A stretch of DNA of 64,000 bases from Octopus vulgaris (taxonomy: Eukaryota): positions 50,964,001 through 51,028,000 of the forward strand of contig OX597825.1 of the NCBI GenBank assembly GCA_951406725.2. The letters run 5' to 3'. This document shows positions 1-14,344 of the stretch, piece after piece. How positions within the stretch are numbered: the stretch's first letter is position 1; each line of letters opens with the position of its first letter. The position numbers were made by a program, and so were the translations under genes. The notes below the pieces were generated by a model that had not been told where the DNA came from, did not search any database, and worked only from the letters and a program-made list of their open reading frames with translations.

Positions 1-141
1 ATTTATTTTCCCTCATTAGCCCGCTTTCAATGATGTGTATATTTATCTGGAGATTTTAGTAGTTTTTTTTTAAGGTATCGGCACTTCTAGCATGCAGGAG
101 ATAGGTCGTTTTCGCCCTTACTCCCTTAATATAATTATATA

Positions 142-835
142 TTGGGTTGGCAACTAAGTTCCCACCTTTTTTATTATGGAATTTATTGCGTTTTTAAATT
201 TTGGAATCTATTTTTTTTGAGAATTCTATTTTTGAATCATTTTCGAATCTATTTTGTTTTTTTTCTATTTAATTTTGATTAATTTTTGCTTATTTTCAGA
301 TCATTAAAATGGAATGTCAAGTTAAGAAAAACGAGCATTTTCGACACCTCCTTCTTTTCAATTTTAATCAGGTTCTAATGCTGCAAAATCTGCTCGCGAC
401 ATTTGTGTTGTGTATGGAGAGTGTGCCATAGCTAAAAGAACCACTCGTGATTGGTATGCCAAGTTCAAAAATGGAAATTTTGATCTCAAATTCGCACCTC
501 GTTCTGGCTGTTCCGTTGAGTCCGATGAAGAGCGATTAAACCAACTTTTGAACGAAAATTCTCGTCAAACGACAAGGTAACCGGCAGAGAAAATATAATG
601 TTCTCACACTACTTTAGAGAAGCATCTTCACTCGATGGGAACAGTTCAGAAGTATGGAGCATGGTTTCCGCATGCTTTAAGTGACAGCAACAAAAATCAA
701 CGAGCAACAATCTCCGCTGGTTTGCTTGCTCGTCACCGCTCAACTCATGGACACAAGCAACGATTTCTTTATTGAATCGTTACTGGCGACGTGAAATGGT
801 GCCTGTTCATCAATATGAAGCAGCGTAAGAAATGG
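142..835 (+). mobile_element. mariner DNA transposon, 5' half (left TIR plus decayed transposase N-terminus)
   Basis: TA|TTGGGTTGGCAACTAAG left end. From ATG 309 it reads MECQVKKNEHFRHLLLF..WYAKFKNGNFDL..PRSG..WFPHAL..IVTGDVKW (WVPHEL-like motif and first catalytic D), with a frameshift and stops. Confidence 0.9.
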
Positions 836-839
836 ATTA

Positions 840-1931
840 CCTTGGAACAGTCTGAATTTCAAAAAGGCCGTATTGTGGGTCATTCTGAAGGTGGATATAT
901 TTAGCGTAAAATCGCAGAAAACCTTGGGATCCCGCTTTCTACAGTTAATGGAGTGATTGTGCAATTTACCAGAGAGGTGAAGGAGTCCACATCACCTTCT
1001 CCAGATTAACCACAGCCCTCTAAGAGGACTCTTCTCTTTGCTAAGAGAAGTGTGGAGGATAATCCTCGTTGCAAGACCTCTGACATAGCAGAGCAATTTG
1101 ATGTCAGTCCCAGAACAGCTGCCAGGTATCTCCACAAACTTGGCTACTATGGCAGAGCAGGAAGAAAGAAACCACCAGCCAACACGAAGCGGAGAAAAGA
1201 TTGGGCCAGTGAGATAGTTGAGAGGCCATTAGAATTTTGGGACACTGTCATATTCTCTGATGAGTCCAGATTTCCTGTATTTCTTAACAGTGGTCGAGTG
1301 TGGGTCTGGAGACTGTGATCAAAAATTTGATGTGAAAAGATTGCAACCAGCAATTAAACACACCAGCTATTCTGTGATGGACTGGGGAACAATTTGGTGC
1401 CATGGTTGATCAGAGCTGGTGGATTGTGAGGGAAAAATAAACTCAAATAAATTGTGTCCATATTGCTGAAAGGACTCCTTCCAAACTTCTCCAGGGGTGA
1501 AATGATTAAAGAAGACTCTCTATTTACGGAAGATGGGATTCCTTGTCACACGGTTAAAATGACCCAAGATTTGTTGGAAACAAATGGCATGAGAAAGCTT
1601 CCCCAGCCAAACCAGTCACCAGATATGAACCCTATAGAAAACATCTGGGGCATAATGGACAGGACATTTCATAAACAGAACAAGAATGCATCTTCAAAGC
1701 CAGACCTTTTGAAATGACTGCATGAAACTTAGCAGGAAATTCCGCAAGAGAATATTCACCATCTGATCAGTAACATGCCTAATAGGCCCTTGCATTGAAA
1801 AAAGCAAAGAGCATGCCTACTAAATATTAAATGCTCGCATTATGAGAACTAACAATAATTTGAATGTATAATTTCAGATTTAAATAAATTCTAATGATCA
1901 TAAGGCTTTCTATTTACTCCTTTCATGTCTG
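840..1931 (+). mobile_element. Tc1-family (DD34E) transposon, decayed transposase and right end
   Basis: SEFQKGRIVG N-terminus, VIFSDESRF, FTEDGIPCH, SPDMNPIENIW and a C-terminal TKY*. The element ends ..GTCTG|TA. Confidence 0.9.
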
Positions 1932-1943
1932 TATATATATATA

Positions 1944-2186
1944 ATGAGAATTTCCCAAAAAACAAAAGACGATGACGGGTGTGTAAGCAACAAACAAATG
2001 TATTAGTTTAACGCTCGGGAAGTGAGAAAGTCTTTTACGTTTGGAGCCTACGTTCTTCGACAGAAAGGAAAATAGAAATAAACAACGATACAAAATAAAA
2101 CAGGTTTAGTGGCTAGCGATCTATCATGGCGAATGCCGAAGAGAGGGATCACACAGGAGAGCTAGGAAGAAGGGGAAATAATAAAG

Positions 2187-2190
<4 letters not shown>
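1944..2190 (-). mobile_element. Short interspersed repeat with hammerhead-like motif (Penelope terminal-repeat-like)
   Basis: About 120 bp is shared with 49150-49300 (GTATTAGTTTAAC.CTCGGGAAGTGAGAAAGTCTTTTACGTTT..). Hammerhead-like core on the minus strand. Confidence 0.6.
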
Positions 2191-2237
<47 letters not shown>

Positions 2238-2377
2238 GCACTTATATATAAACATATATACATGCATATATATATATTATGTATACATACAAATACATAT
2301 GTATACTATATAAATATACATACATATACATACGTACATACATACATGCATGCATAATACATACTTACATACATACA

Positions 2378-2442
<65 letters not shown>

Positions 2443-2500
2443 GCATATATATATTCACATATATATGTATTTGTACATATATATATACATTCACACACAT

Positions 2501-2545
<45 letters not shown>
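2190..2545. repeat. (TA)n/(CA)n/(TACA)n compound microsatellite
   Basis: Visible directly. Similar tracts lie at 10365-11110, 22890-23160, 35430-35990, 36920-37210, 53620-54320 and 57945-58260. Confidence 0.95.
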
Positions 2546-4245
2546 AATTAAATTGGAGATAAAACCACTTTTAGGCAACTCAAACAGGGAGACATAAACC
2601 AAAACATAAAAAATAAAAAAATAAATATAATTAATATAATATATAATATAAAATTTAAAATTTATATTATTATAATTTTAATTTTTTATATTTTTAAATT
2701 TTAAATTTAAGGAATGGAGCTCTTTTTGCTCTGAAAGGAAATAGTTTCATAGATATGCTGTTAAAAACGCAACATATGTATATAGGAAGAATAAAAAAAA
2801 ACATCAGCTAGTGTTGACTCCTGAGATAGACGTTTTTACCTACTTCCATCCTATCAATATCATTTACTGGCTAGTCGTGTGCCTAGAGGAAATTTGTCAT
2901 ACTCGGTATGACAAGTTATCTTGACGGGATTTGAACTCAGACTGAAAAGAACCAAATTGATTTTACATCACATTTTTTCTCGTTGTTCAACCAATTCCCC
3001 CCTATCTACTATCGATGAAGCTCATATTCTTCTTTGTCTTTAAAAAATGTTGAGACAGTTGCCATCTCGTATTCTTAATATAGTTTGGAGAAAAACAATT
3101 ACTTTTGTCTTCCATAGGAGATGTTACTTTGTCCTATGCTGACGCTAATTAAACAGTTATATTCTTTTATTCTTTTATCGTTTTAATTTATTTTCTTTCA
3201 GTCTTGTTGTCACTTTATATCTACAGATTGACCTGTGACTGAGTTTCACTATTCCGACTTATTTAGAGGTCAGGGACAATATCATCCGTTATAATTTTTC
3301 TTCAGTTAAGAAAGTGGCCTGAAATGTGGAAAGAGATTTGACTGTTGTCTTCAGTCGGCTTAGGAACAACTTAGAGGCTCCCTCAGTAGCTGTATAAGCA
3401 ACAGGGATTTGTTTGTGCCATGACGTCATATGTTTCTGAATATGAAAAATGAGTTTCTGTGCTGCTGCTGTACAACACCACATACTTCTTTTTAACGGGG
3501 GCGGTGGTGGAAGAGTACAGTATTTCATTGGTAGAACATTTTATTGACACCAGAAAGGTAAAATTTTAAATTAATAAAGTTGGGATTCAAGAACAGAAGG
3601 AAAAGGAATGTAACTAAATACCAAAATGAATTATGAAATTATGAATTACTCTGTCAATTTTAGCAGCCTAGTGTTCTTCCATAGTGAATACAGAGTATTG
3701 ATGAAGCATCTAAGCGACATCAGTTATAGTGACTCAAATCTTCATAAATATTAAATAGTATTCGTCTAAAATAAAGGCTGCAACATAAAAAACACATACC
3801 TCTCCCTACCCATCTATGGAATGGAAACCGCTAAGTCAACAAGTTTCTGCGTAGCAAATAGTTACTAATTAATAAGCGCCAGTAATAACAATTCATGGAG
3901 TCATACAAAAAGTTGTTTTTCTCATCGTACACAAATAGAAAATAGTGCAAAAAGTATGATTATGATACGCCATGTGATATAGAGTTCACCCGCTGAATCC
4001 AATAACATATCTCAGAGTGATGTCTTGGAAAAGACACAAATTAGAAATTAGAAATTAAAAAATACCAGCAACGATAGGTAATTAGCACATTTGCCATTTT
4101 GTCTCTCGAATATTCTCGAAACTATTATTAATATGCTCGTCACTTCTCTTCTTTCTAGACATACCCTTTGCACTACATACCTCCCCACTTCAGAAATCTG
4201 TTCATTACTGCATAACTAATCTATTATATATATACATACGTATAC

Positions 4246-4278
<33 letters not shown>

Positions 4279-4350
4279 TGTATGTATGCATGTATGCATG
4301 CATGCATGCATGTATGTATGTATGTATGTATGTATATATGTATGTGTAGA

Positions 4351-4725
4351 GGCGCAATGACTCAGTGGTTAGGGCAGCGGACTCGCGGTCGTAGAATCGC
4401 CGTTTCGATTCCCAGACCGGACGTTGTGAGTGTTGATTGAGTGAAAACATCTAAAGCTCCACGCGGCACCGGCAGGGGGCGTTGGCGAACCCTGCTGTAC
4501 TCTTTCATCATGACTTTCTCTCATTCTTTTTTTCCCGTTTCTGTTCTACCTGTATTTAAAAAAACCAGCCTTGTCACACTCTGAGTCACGCTCAATCTAC
4601 CCGAGAACTACGTTAAGGTTACACGTGTCTGTGGAGTGCTCAGCCACTTGCACGTTAATTTCACGAACAGGCTGTTCCGTTGATCGGATCAACTGGAACC
4701 CTTGTCGTCGTAACCGACGGAATGC

Positions 4726-4727
<2 letters not shown>
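4351..4727 (+). mobile_element. tRNA-derived SINE
   Basis: Head GGCGCAATGACTCAGTGGTTAGGG (A box) and GTTTCGATTCCC (B box). The 3' part ending GTCGTCGTAACCGACGGAATGCCA is shared with 49721-50038. Confidence 0.85.
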
Positions 4728-4785
<58 letters not shown>

Positions 4786-5659
4786 GTGTGTGTGTATGTG
4801 TGTGTATGTGTGTGTGTGTGTATGTGTGTGTGTTTGTGTGTGTACGTGTAAGTAGATGCATTTATGTGCTTACAAAAAGAGGTTGTGATTCATTACAGAA
4901 TATAGGTTTTAGGAGAACATTATGTAAAGACAATGTATTTATATGCAATGACTTTCTTGAAACATGTATTCATACGTATATCTGTATATAAATATCCGCA
5001 CGCACTTGTAGAAAGTAACACAAACATATATAGAATCCTGTAGGCTAAACAGTGTAGATTTTGGGGAAGGCTTACGGGTGGCTACGTATGTTGATGTCTT
5101 CACTGTGGTCTTTATGTCAAGATAAAAGTTGCTAATAGAAGCTCCCTCCTAATCAGTTGCTGGTTTATTACTTCTCTGAGAATCTTGCTACTTTCCTTCC
5201 AACCACTTCTTCCACATCATAATAATTCATCCACTACCGAATCTTAAATTAATAAAATATAGTTATTATTACAACCTTCAATAATTCTAACCCCATTCAA
5301 TCTAATTTCTCCGTGCCCTTTCAATCGAATAGAACTTTACGTCAATATAACCCTGGTCCCACAATTTTAAGCTTGAATAAGCAGCGCAACCAGTGAAGCA
5401 TTGAAGTCACTGTAAATGATATTTGAAATTAACAAGATGAGATGGTTAGTTTTCACTACAACACTGGATTACTATGATACACATATGCGCTTCAGTACTA
5501 CGTATGCCATTCTCAAAGTTTTTTTTTTATCATAGTGTTTTAATATTTTCTTTCTTTTCTTGTTTCATTCAAACTGAATCATTGACTACACCCCAGAAAG
5601 TTTGTATCGTTGACACATTTGAAACTACTGAGACAGATTACTTCCTTTCGTTCGATATC

Positions 5660-6700
5660 TCACCGATTTCTTGAATATCGGCTGGAGGCAAAAGGTGAAT
5701 ATAGCAAATAGTTGGGGTGCCAAAGGGTGATGGAGGCAAAGGGTGAAGGGCATAAGATGAATATACTGAGTTTCTCGCTTGGAAATTTCGTAGTCGCAGT
5801 ATGATCTATTTATATGTGGTAGAACACCGCTGGTAGAGATCTGCATTCCACTGGAAGGAACTAAGTACAGTCATGCTATATTTGCAAGGTTCACTAAGTA
5901 GCTTTTATACGAATTTTTCCATAAATGGTTTGAAGCGACCATAGCATAAGGAACAGAAAAGATGTTGAAGTAAACATTCAAACTATGTCGGTTGACAAAA
6001 AGCTTAAAGGAATGAATATCTTTGACCAGAGGAAAACAAGATGATGGGTTCGAGGTTCAGATTTGTTGCAGGAAAGAAATTATAAGGTTAAAGACATTAT
6101 GACTAACAGGAAGCTCTATAGAGATATGATGCCAGGAAAGAAGAACGAACTACATGATTAGACTTGAGAGATAGTACTAGGCCAGTTAGTTCATCAGGAC
6201 AATGACATGTAAATACCTGTACTGTAGTATTTATTCCTGGTGTGAGTAGCTGTGTAAAGATTTTACTTTGGCTTATCTTTTTCTTTGCTGTATGCATAGT
6301 TACTATTACTGTATTACCTTTTTTTGTGGGGTCTTAAGGGTTTTTCGAGAATACAATGTCTGATGGGTTATGTTTGTTAGATTGTAGCCCATTGTCTTAA
6401 GTCGTTAGGTGTTTTGTTTTATATTCTTTTGTATTACTTTTTTCTGGGTTTGTCTATTTCCGTTTTGAGAACTTTACTTTCTCGCAAGATATATCGCTAA
6501 ACGTTTGCAAGCGTATTTTGTGGGAGGTTTTTCTCCATGCCTGCATTTGTTTCTTCTCCGCATTTCTTTTATTATTCCTGTGTGCTTCGGATATAGTTTT
6601 GCAGTGTAGAATGCATATAGGACTTCAGTGTAGTCTTCATCTGTCCAACGGTCTCTTTTGGTTTTGTTTTCCGGTTGGTCAGTGACATTAAGAGATACGT
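5660..6700 (-). mobile_element. Highly decayed non-LTR retrotransposon remnant with Dong/R4-type N-terminal motif
   Basis: 6460-6670 on the minus strand reads RDRWTDEDYTEVLYAFY..NTLANV*RYILRE..EID, the R4/Dong N-terminal motif. Only faint RT-like traces remain further downstream. Confidence 0.55.
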
Positions 6701-7194
6701 CTATCTATGCAATGTTAACTTTTTGACAGAACACCGTCTCTGATCGTGTGCTAAGGCTTCTTTCGTATCGGGATTGCCTGAGACTCAGAGATAGAAATTC
6801 ACTTCGATTTTCTTTCATTGTTTTATTACCGAGCATATCTGTTTTTTTTTCTCTGTTTAAAATGATGCGTGTTGCGTTTTTTATATTTGTTTATTATTAT
6901 TTCTCTCATACGAACATTGATGTTCGATGTTTGTCTTGTTCGTGTGTCAAAGATTGTGCGTGTTTGTGTGTAAACTGTATAAACATTACATTTATTGATT
7001 TGTTGGCAAAAAATTGTAGTGTGTATATGTGTAGAAATGGGAATGCATATATGATGAATTCTTGTAATCACAGTCTATTATAGGGACATCGCATTTTCGC
7101 GTGTTATTTACATTTTTTACATTTTTACGCAACTCCTTGCTGTCACAACGGGCCTGGAAACAATTGTGCTTCATATATGGGAAAATTATTATTA

Positions 7195-7956
<762 letters not shown>

Positions 7957-7957
<1 letters not shown>

Positions 7958-8195
7958 CTGCTTTTGTAGTGTTTACGTATTTTCCAATGTAAATACAGAC
8001 CTATCCTATCGTGGTGAGTTTTGTATTCGTCTGGTGTCTTCACAAGACATCTCGGGACGAAATGATCTACTGTTTCATTAAATTTATCGCAGAATCTGCG
8101 TTTAGAGACACATCAGTTTTGAAGAACAATAGCCTGCTAGTTTTTGATATGCAAACTTTGATCTTGTGCTGCTAATATGAAATCCTTTCTGGATT
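7957..8195 (-). mobile_element. Dong/R4 LINE fragment (CCHC zinc knuckle region)
   Basis: AAQDQSL..RFCDKFNETVDH..EYKTHHDRIGLYLHWKI. Confidence 0.8.
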
Positions 8196-8264
8196 TATAC
8201 AATAAGTATCAGTTGAACACTGGGGTCGATGTAATCAACTAGCCCCTCCCACCAAATTTCATGC

Positions 8265-8351
8265 CTCCTCCTCCTCCTCCTTCTCCTCATTCTTCTCCTT
8301 CCTCTTCCTCCTCCTCCTCTTCTTCTTCTTCTCCTTCTTCTTCTTCTTCTC

Positions 8352-8382
<31 letters not shown>

Positions 8383-8449
8383 TTCTTCTTCTTCTTCTTC
8401 TTCTTCTTCTTCTTCTTCTTCTTCTTCTTCTTCTTCTTCTTCTTCTTCT
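8265..8449. repeat. (TCC)n/(TTC)n microsatellite
   Basis: Visible directly. Confidence 0.95.
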
Positions 8450-9250
8450 ATGAAAACTCACAGCTTAATTTGCTGGTTATGATGGAAAGTGTCAGCTGTC
8501 TACAGCCAGCAGACACTTGTTTAGTGATCATGTTACAAGAACCCTGGCAAAAATTTTTGCAGTTCCAGCAATGCTAATTTTTGTTGGTTTTCTACCTTTT
8601 CACTTGTACTGATCTTTTTCGACCGTGTTGGTAACTGAGTGCTGATACTGCCAAGTGCAGCAATTACTATCGGCATCACGTCTACTCTATTCATTGAGGT
8701 CAACGTTCGTATTTCCCTCTTTAAATCGCCATCGTTGTTTATTTTTTCTTCTTTCACATTGATCCTGTTGTCACTGGGGCACGCTATGTCGATAATCATG
8801 TTCTTTCTATTTTATTCACCACAACAATGTCCGGTTTCCTATGTCTGATCAGGTAATCGAACTGGATCATTACATCCCATAGGATTTTGCAGTTCTCATT
8901 TTCGGTGACTCCATCTGGAGTTTGTTCATACCACGCCATTACTCTTTGTAGATCGTGATTTCCACAGAGCTCCCAATGGATCATTCTTACCACATTGTCA
9001 TGGCGTCGTTTGTATTCGCGTTGTGCCAATTTCGGGCATTCGCTAACGATATGCCATACCGTTTCACCCCTCTCACAACACATTCTGCATTTGCCGCTTT
9101 CGGTTGTGTGGTCAATCCTTAACATTTGTTCCTGAGGTGCGCATGAGTGCTTCTGTCTCTATTTTCAGGCAACCCCTCTTGGTCCTTAGCCACCGGTTCA
9201 CTGTATCTGTCTTGGCTCTCACATCTCTTGCAAACTGACCGTACATTTTT
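8450..9250 (-). mobile_element. Dong/R4 LINE 3' fragment (CCHC plus PD-(D/E)xK restriction-like endonuclease)
   Basis: CRMCCERGETVWHIVSECPKLAQREYKRRHD, KILWD, RKPDIVVV, IIDIACP, PIVIAALG; frameshifted. Confidence 0.9.
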
Positions 9251-9278
9251 CTTTATCATTATTATTATTATTATTATA

Positions 9279-9322
<44 letters not shown>

Positions 9323-9363
9323 CATCATCATCAGCAGCAGCAGCATCATCGTCAGCATCATTG

Positions 9364-9397
<34 letters not shown>

Positions 9398-9564
9398 TAT
9401 TATTATTATTATTAACATTATTATCATTATGAAAGTAGGATAAATTTAATTTGTTTTATTCCCCTATGAAATACGAAAAAAAGACACCCTCCCAAGCTCA
9501 ATATTGTTGTAATCAAAAGAAATCTTGATTTATTTGATTGAATATAGAAACAGATAAGTTATGC

Positions 9565-9606
<42 letters not shown>

Positions 9607-10383
9607 AACTATTGAGTAAGTATTAAGAAAGAATTATTCGAAGAACTACATTAGAAGAAGAACCGGCAGATAATCAGGAATATTTTTAAACTTCATATGG
9701 AACCCATTCATGAAATCCCGGCTATTTTTCAAGCAATGGGGCAGTTATTCACATGAAAGTCTTTCAATAATGGAATCATTTATAGAAACCTTCGATTATA
9801 TCCTTCTCTGGAAATTTCTATAGCATTCTACATTTACCTACTCTTTTTCTCTTTTTTTTTTTACTATTCTCTGAAATATGTATTCACGCCATTTATGTAA
9901 ATTATATTTAATAGTTCATAATTATTAAGTGTGTATGAGTGTAAGTCTCTGTACGCACGCTCACACACAAGCACAACATTTATACACACACGTATATAAA
10001 TAAGCATATAGCATAAACATACGTATATACATAAGTTTCTATTTATAGATATTCTTGTATATGATTCTACATACAATTACCATATGTATACGTGAATATA
10101 TCTTTATTCAAACATACACACACACATATATAAGCTCACACAAGCACATATATACATATATATGCATGTGTGTACACGTACGTGAGTATGTAAATAGAAA
10201 ATTATCTATCTTTCTGTCTATCTATTTATCTATCTATCTATCTGTCTGCCTGCCTGTTTGTCTGTCTATCTGTCTACGTTTATATATATACATGCATAAT
10301 GTCCGTGTGTCGACACACACATACACATGCGCGCACGCACGCAGAGATTCACGTATAGATGGGTAAATATATATATATAGATA

Positions 10384-10497
<114 letters not shown>

Positions 10498-10820
10498 TAT
10501 AGATAGATAGATAGATGGCTGATTGGCTGGCTGGCTGGCTGGATGGATGGAGGAATGGATGAATGGATGGAAAGACAGACAGACAGACAGACATACAGAT
10601 TGATAGAAGGAGAAAAAGGAGAGATTTGAAACACATGCACACAAGTAGACATAGAAGTAGAGAGAGAACGGGGCAGAGTGACAGATAAATAATTATAGGT
10701 ACCGATTCGCAATAGCAAATATTCCAGACATGTACTGTTGTTATGAAGTTTCCATGTATGAATGTGTGTATGTATTTATGTTATGCATCTATGTACAAAT
10801 GTTTATATGGATGTACATAC

Positions 10821-10896
<76 letters not shown>

Positions 10897-10998
10897 TTAT
10901 ATACGTACATTCATATCAGCATATATATATATGTGTGTGTGTGTAAAGAGTGAGACACTTTTGAGCATGTATGCTTATAAAAATACATATAGATATAC

Positions 10999-11088
<90 letters not shown>

Positions 11089-11954
11089 ATGTATTTATAT
11101 ATATATATAAAAGTGTATAAGTATGTATATATGTATGCGTGTGTATATATATAAGCATGTATGGGTGTGCGTGCCTGCGTTCTATGTGTGTTCGTGGGTC
11201 TGTGTGTGTATGAAGAGATAGACAAATAATAGAGACATAGACTGACAAAAAGACGGTTATGGATGTGCATAGCTCTATATAGATATGTGTGTGTGTAGTA
11301 CCAACATGAATAGATATATTGTGTATTCATGAGTGTGCAGTGATTGTGTGTTTGTGCGCGTGTATGTCTTCAGTATATGTATTGTGCGCTATTATTGAGT
11401 ATAGTCACTGTTAAATTCTCTTTCATTTCTTCAACTGAATAGATTACTTTTGGAAAAACCTGTAAAAGTTCGGTTATTCTTGTGAAAGCACTGCTTGAAC
11501 CGAGCTATAGAAAGTATTAGCAACAACTTATAAAACGCATGAATACTAATGATTCACTGAACAATAGCTGCACCTCCCTATAAGGGATTTAGCATGGGTA
11601 CTAGAGAAATTAAGAATTATTCTCAGTTAATTCACTACGAGCGAGATTTGCTTTTTCAATTAAAACTTCTTTGGTAAGTAAGTAGCTCATAAGATATTGG
11701 AATACATATAAGTTTTAGGAATGTGGAGAGGGAAAGCGAACATTCATCTCTACAGAACGCATTTATAAAAAGAGAAAACAATTAAGGTATTTGATTATAC
11801 AGTACTTGTATGTATTATATGAGTATTATCTATTTCAGTATATACATACACAAACCCACGAACACATATACATACATAATACATAAACAAACACACATAT
11901 TTGTGCGACACCTAACTAGGATGATGATGAATGATTATATATGTGCATGTACAC

Positions 11955-11987
<33 letters not shown>

Positions 11988-12233
11988 CACATAAATATTT
12001 GATTATAAGTGAGTCTTTTATTGCCATATAATTCTGCATACACACATATACTGATAAACCTTCATGTTTAGATATTTTCCTTCACCGCATGTAGAAAAAT
12101 TTAAATTATTCAACCAATGGGCATGGATTAATATAAAAAGTTCACATGTATTTTTCTTTATGTAACTGTCTATGTATGTGCATATATGTATGTATACTTT
12201 TTTGTATATGTGTATGTCTATAAGCACATATGT

Positions 12234-12282
<49 letters not shown>

Positions 12283-13865
12283 CTAGCATTATGACCCGTC
12301 GTTGCCGGGTCATAGGGCTAGTGCATGTATATATATGTATATATATATATGTGTACATATTACATGTATCTATATATATACATCTACACATAAAATACAA
12401 AATAATATCTTGATATCGCTAGTGATAACAATACTCAAAATATATAACAGACTGGAATTGTAGGCCCGTCTCTTGCAATTTCGATCAATTGTATCTTGTC
12501 CTCCCTCTTGTATAGAAGTGTAGCTACAATCCAGCCTACCTCTACTATTTTTAATTTTTTTCTGGGACGTCCTACGCCCCAGATATAAAGGTAAAAATAA
12601 AATATTTCCACTTTGCAGGGTTCGAGTCGAGTACTCCCTTGCACGCTCCGTTGACTCGAAATTTGCTTCTATTGTGGCGAATTTACCGCCTTTGGTTAGA
12701 TATCTTTCATAGTCGCACCAAGACATTTTTCGATAGTGCTTTCCTCCAGGTGTTCAAATCTTTTTTTTCTTCTCTACATTGTATACTTTATAGACAATAG
12801 TCTTTTCTTTAATTTAATTTTTTATTTCACTTGGTGGTGTTATCCTAGATTCACCGTCTTTGTCGGTGATCAATTCGAAATAGGCTTGTATTTCTTCCAT
12901 TTTAATTTTAATGAGTTCGCGCCCGCCGACGGCTGCAGCGAAATTCATTTTTGTACTTTCTTCTATTGAAGACATTTTACCAAAAATGCTTCTGTATAAA
13001 CGGTGAAAATATTATCAATTTCCCCAAACAGGGACACAATTCAATTTTTAAACAATAACCAAAGCTCCTTCTCCCAAAGTGGGAGGGTTACGGTTTACAA
13101 TTATTTAACAAATGCAACACAACAACGTTTCCCTTACGAGGAACCAACAAACGTGATAACAATAGTTAAACAGTAATAATAATAACAACAAACCTTACGG
13201 TGAATCAAAAAGCAGTACTCAGGTGAAGTCCTTTATGGATCAGAAATAAAGCAACAGCAGTACGCAGTAGAAGCGGCTGTTCGAGAAAACAGACATTACA
13301 TACAGCCAAACTTCATATAGATACTTAATGCTAGCTAATTAGCAGATATTCTAATGTAAAAGCCGTGGTATGTGCACATCTCCTTCTGGACTATTCCATT
13401 TCTGCACATTAATTTTATTTTTAATTCATTCCCATCCATGTGAAACTACTTTTTCAAGTTCAAGTCATTGATGCAATTTTATACCAATTGTTATTTTTAC
13501 TTTTGTTACGTTACGATTTAATTATTATATTATACTTTAGTTTGATTTTAATTATTACTTACTAAATATAATTCAATTGTTATTATTATCTCTAATTTCT
13601 ATTGTTAAAGTGAAAGTATCTGACATAAGATAGAGAAATGTTTTTGTTTCACTTTTAACACGTAATACTGAAATAGTGGAGAAGATATGATATTGCTATG
13701 GGCTCGCTCTAGGCAAGAAGTTGAACATTTTTTTTGCCCATGAAACTACATGGACCCTAAGTAAGGCATGTGTAAAATTTGAATGAAATTGGTAGTGTAG
13801 TTCTCTACTTTTAGGGAAACACACAGACAGACAGACACACATTCTCACTTTTATATATAGAGAGA
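12283..13865 (-). mobile_element. Probable non-autonomous Helitron
   Basis: The minus strand starts A|TCTCTCTATATATAAAAG..GTGTGTCTGTCTG and ends with hairpin TATGACCCG-GCAACGA-CGGGTCATA followed by CTAG|T. Faint helicase-like remnant (IVATLL) near 12500-12600. Confidence 0.6.
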
Positions 13866-14344
13866 TATTCTACCTTATGTTATTTATATTTATTTTATTT
13901 TATCGTCGTTATTTTGCTATATTCTATTATATTCGAATTAATGCGTTAAGTCTCACACACATACATAAATAAGAAATGAACCAATTCCATATGGAATGAA
14001 CAGAGAGGTCAATATGTAATATTTTTAATCTCTGACTTTTCCCTAATGATATTTTGCTCATAACTTATAAATACAAATTTAATGCATAAATTTGTAATTC
14101 ATTCAATGGAAACAGCTGTAAGAAGAAATGATTATCTATTTATTAATAAATAAATATTAACCACTAACTCTCCATTTTCTCTTACTTTAATACGGATGAT
14201 ATACTTAATATATCCCTATTGATTTAGAGAAATTTATTTTCCTACATACATTAGGTAAAGAACTAATGTTTTCTTGGTTGTAATCATCCCTTTAAGAGGT
14301 TAATATACCTTCTAATTAAGTTTTTTGAAGATTTCTATTAACAA

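Noticed and set aside
2277-2602. [12 protein letters not shown] ORFs here and throughout (e.g. 10234-11330, 22857-23239, 53621-54948, including the 269-aa ORF)
   Set aside because: These are translations of dinucleotide and tetranucleotide microsatellites, open only because the repeats lack stop codons.
4351-4420. tRNA genes at SINE heads
   Set aside because: A and B boxes are present but there is no complete cloverleaf, and they continue into SINE bodies.
8195-8482. Poly-Arg (protamine-like) and poly-Ser ORFs
   Set aside because: A (TTC)n microsatellite between two mobile-element fragments.
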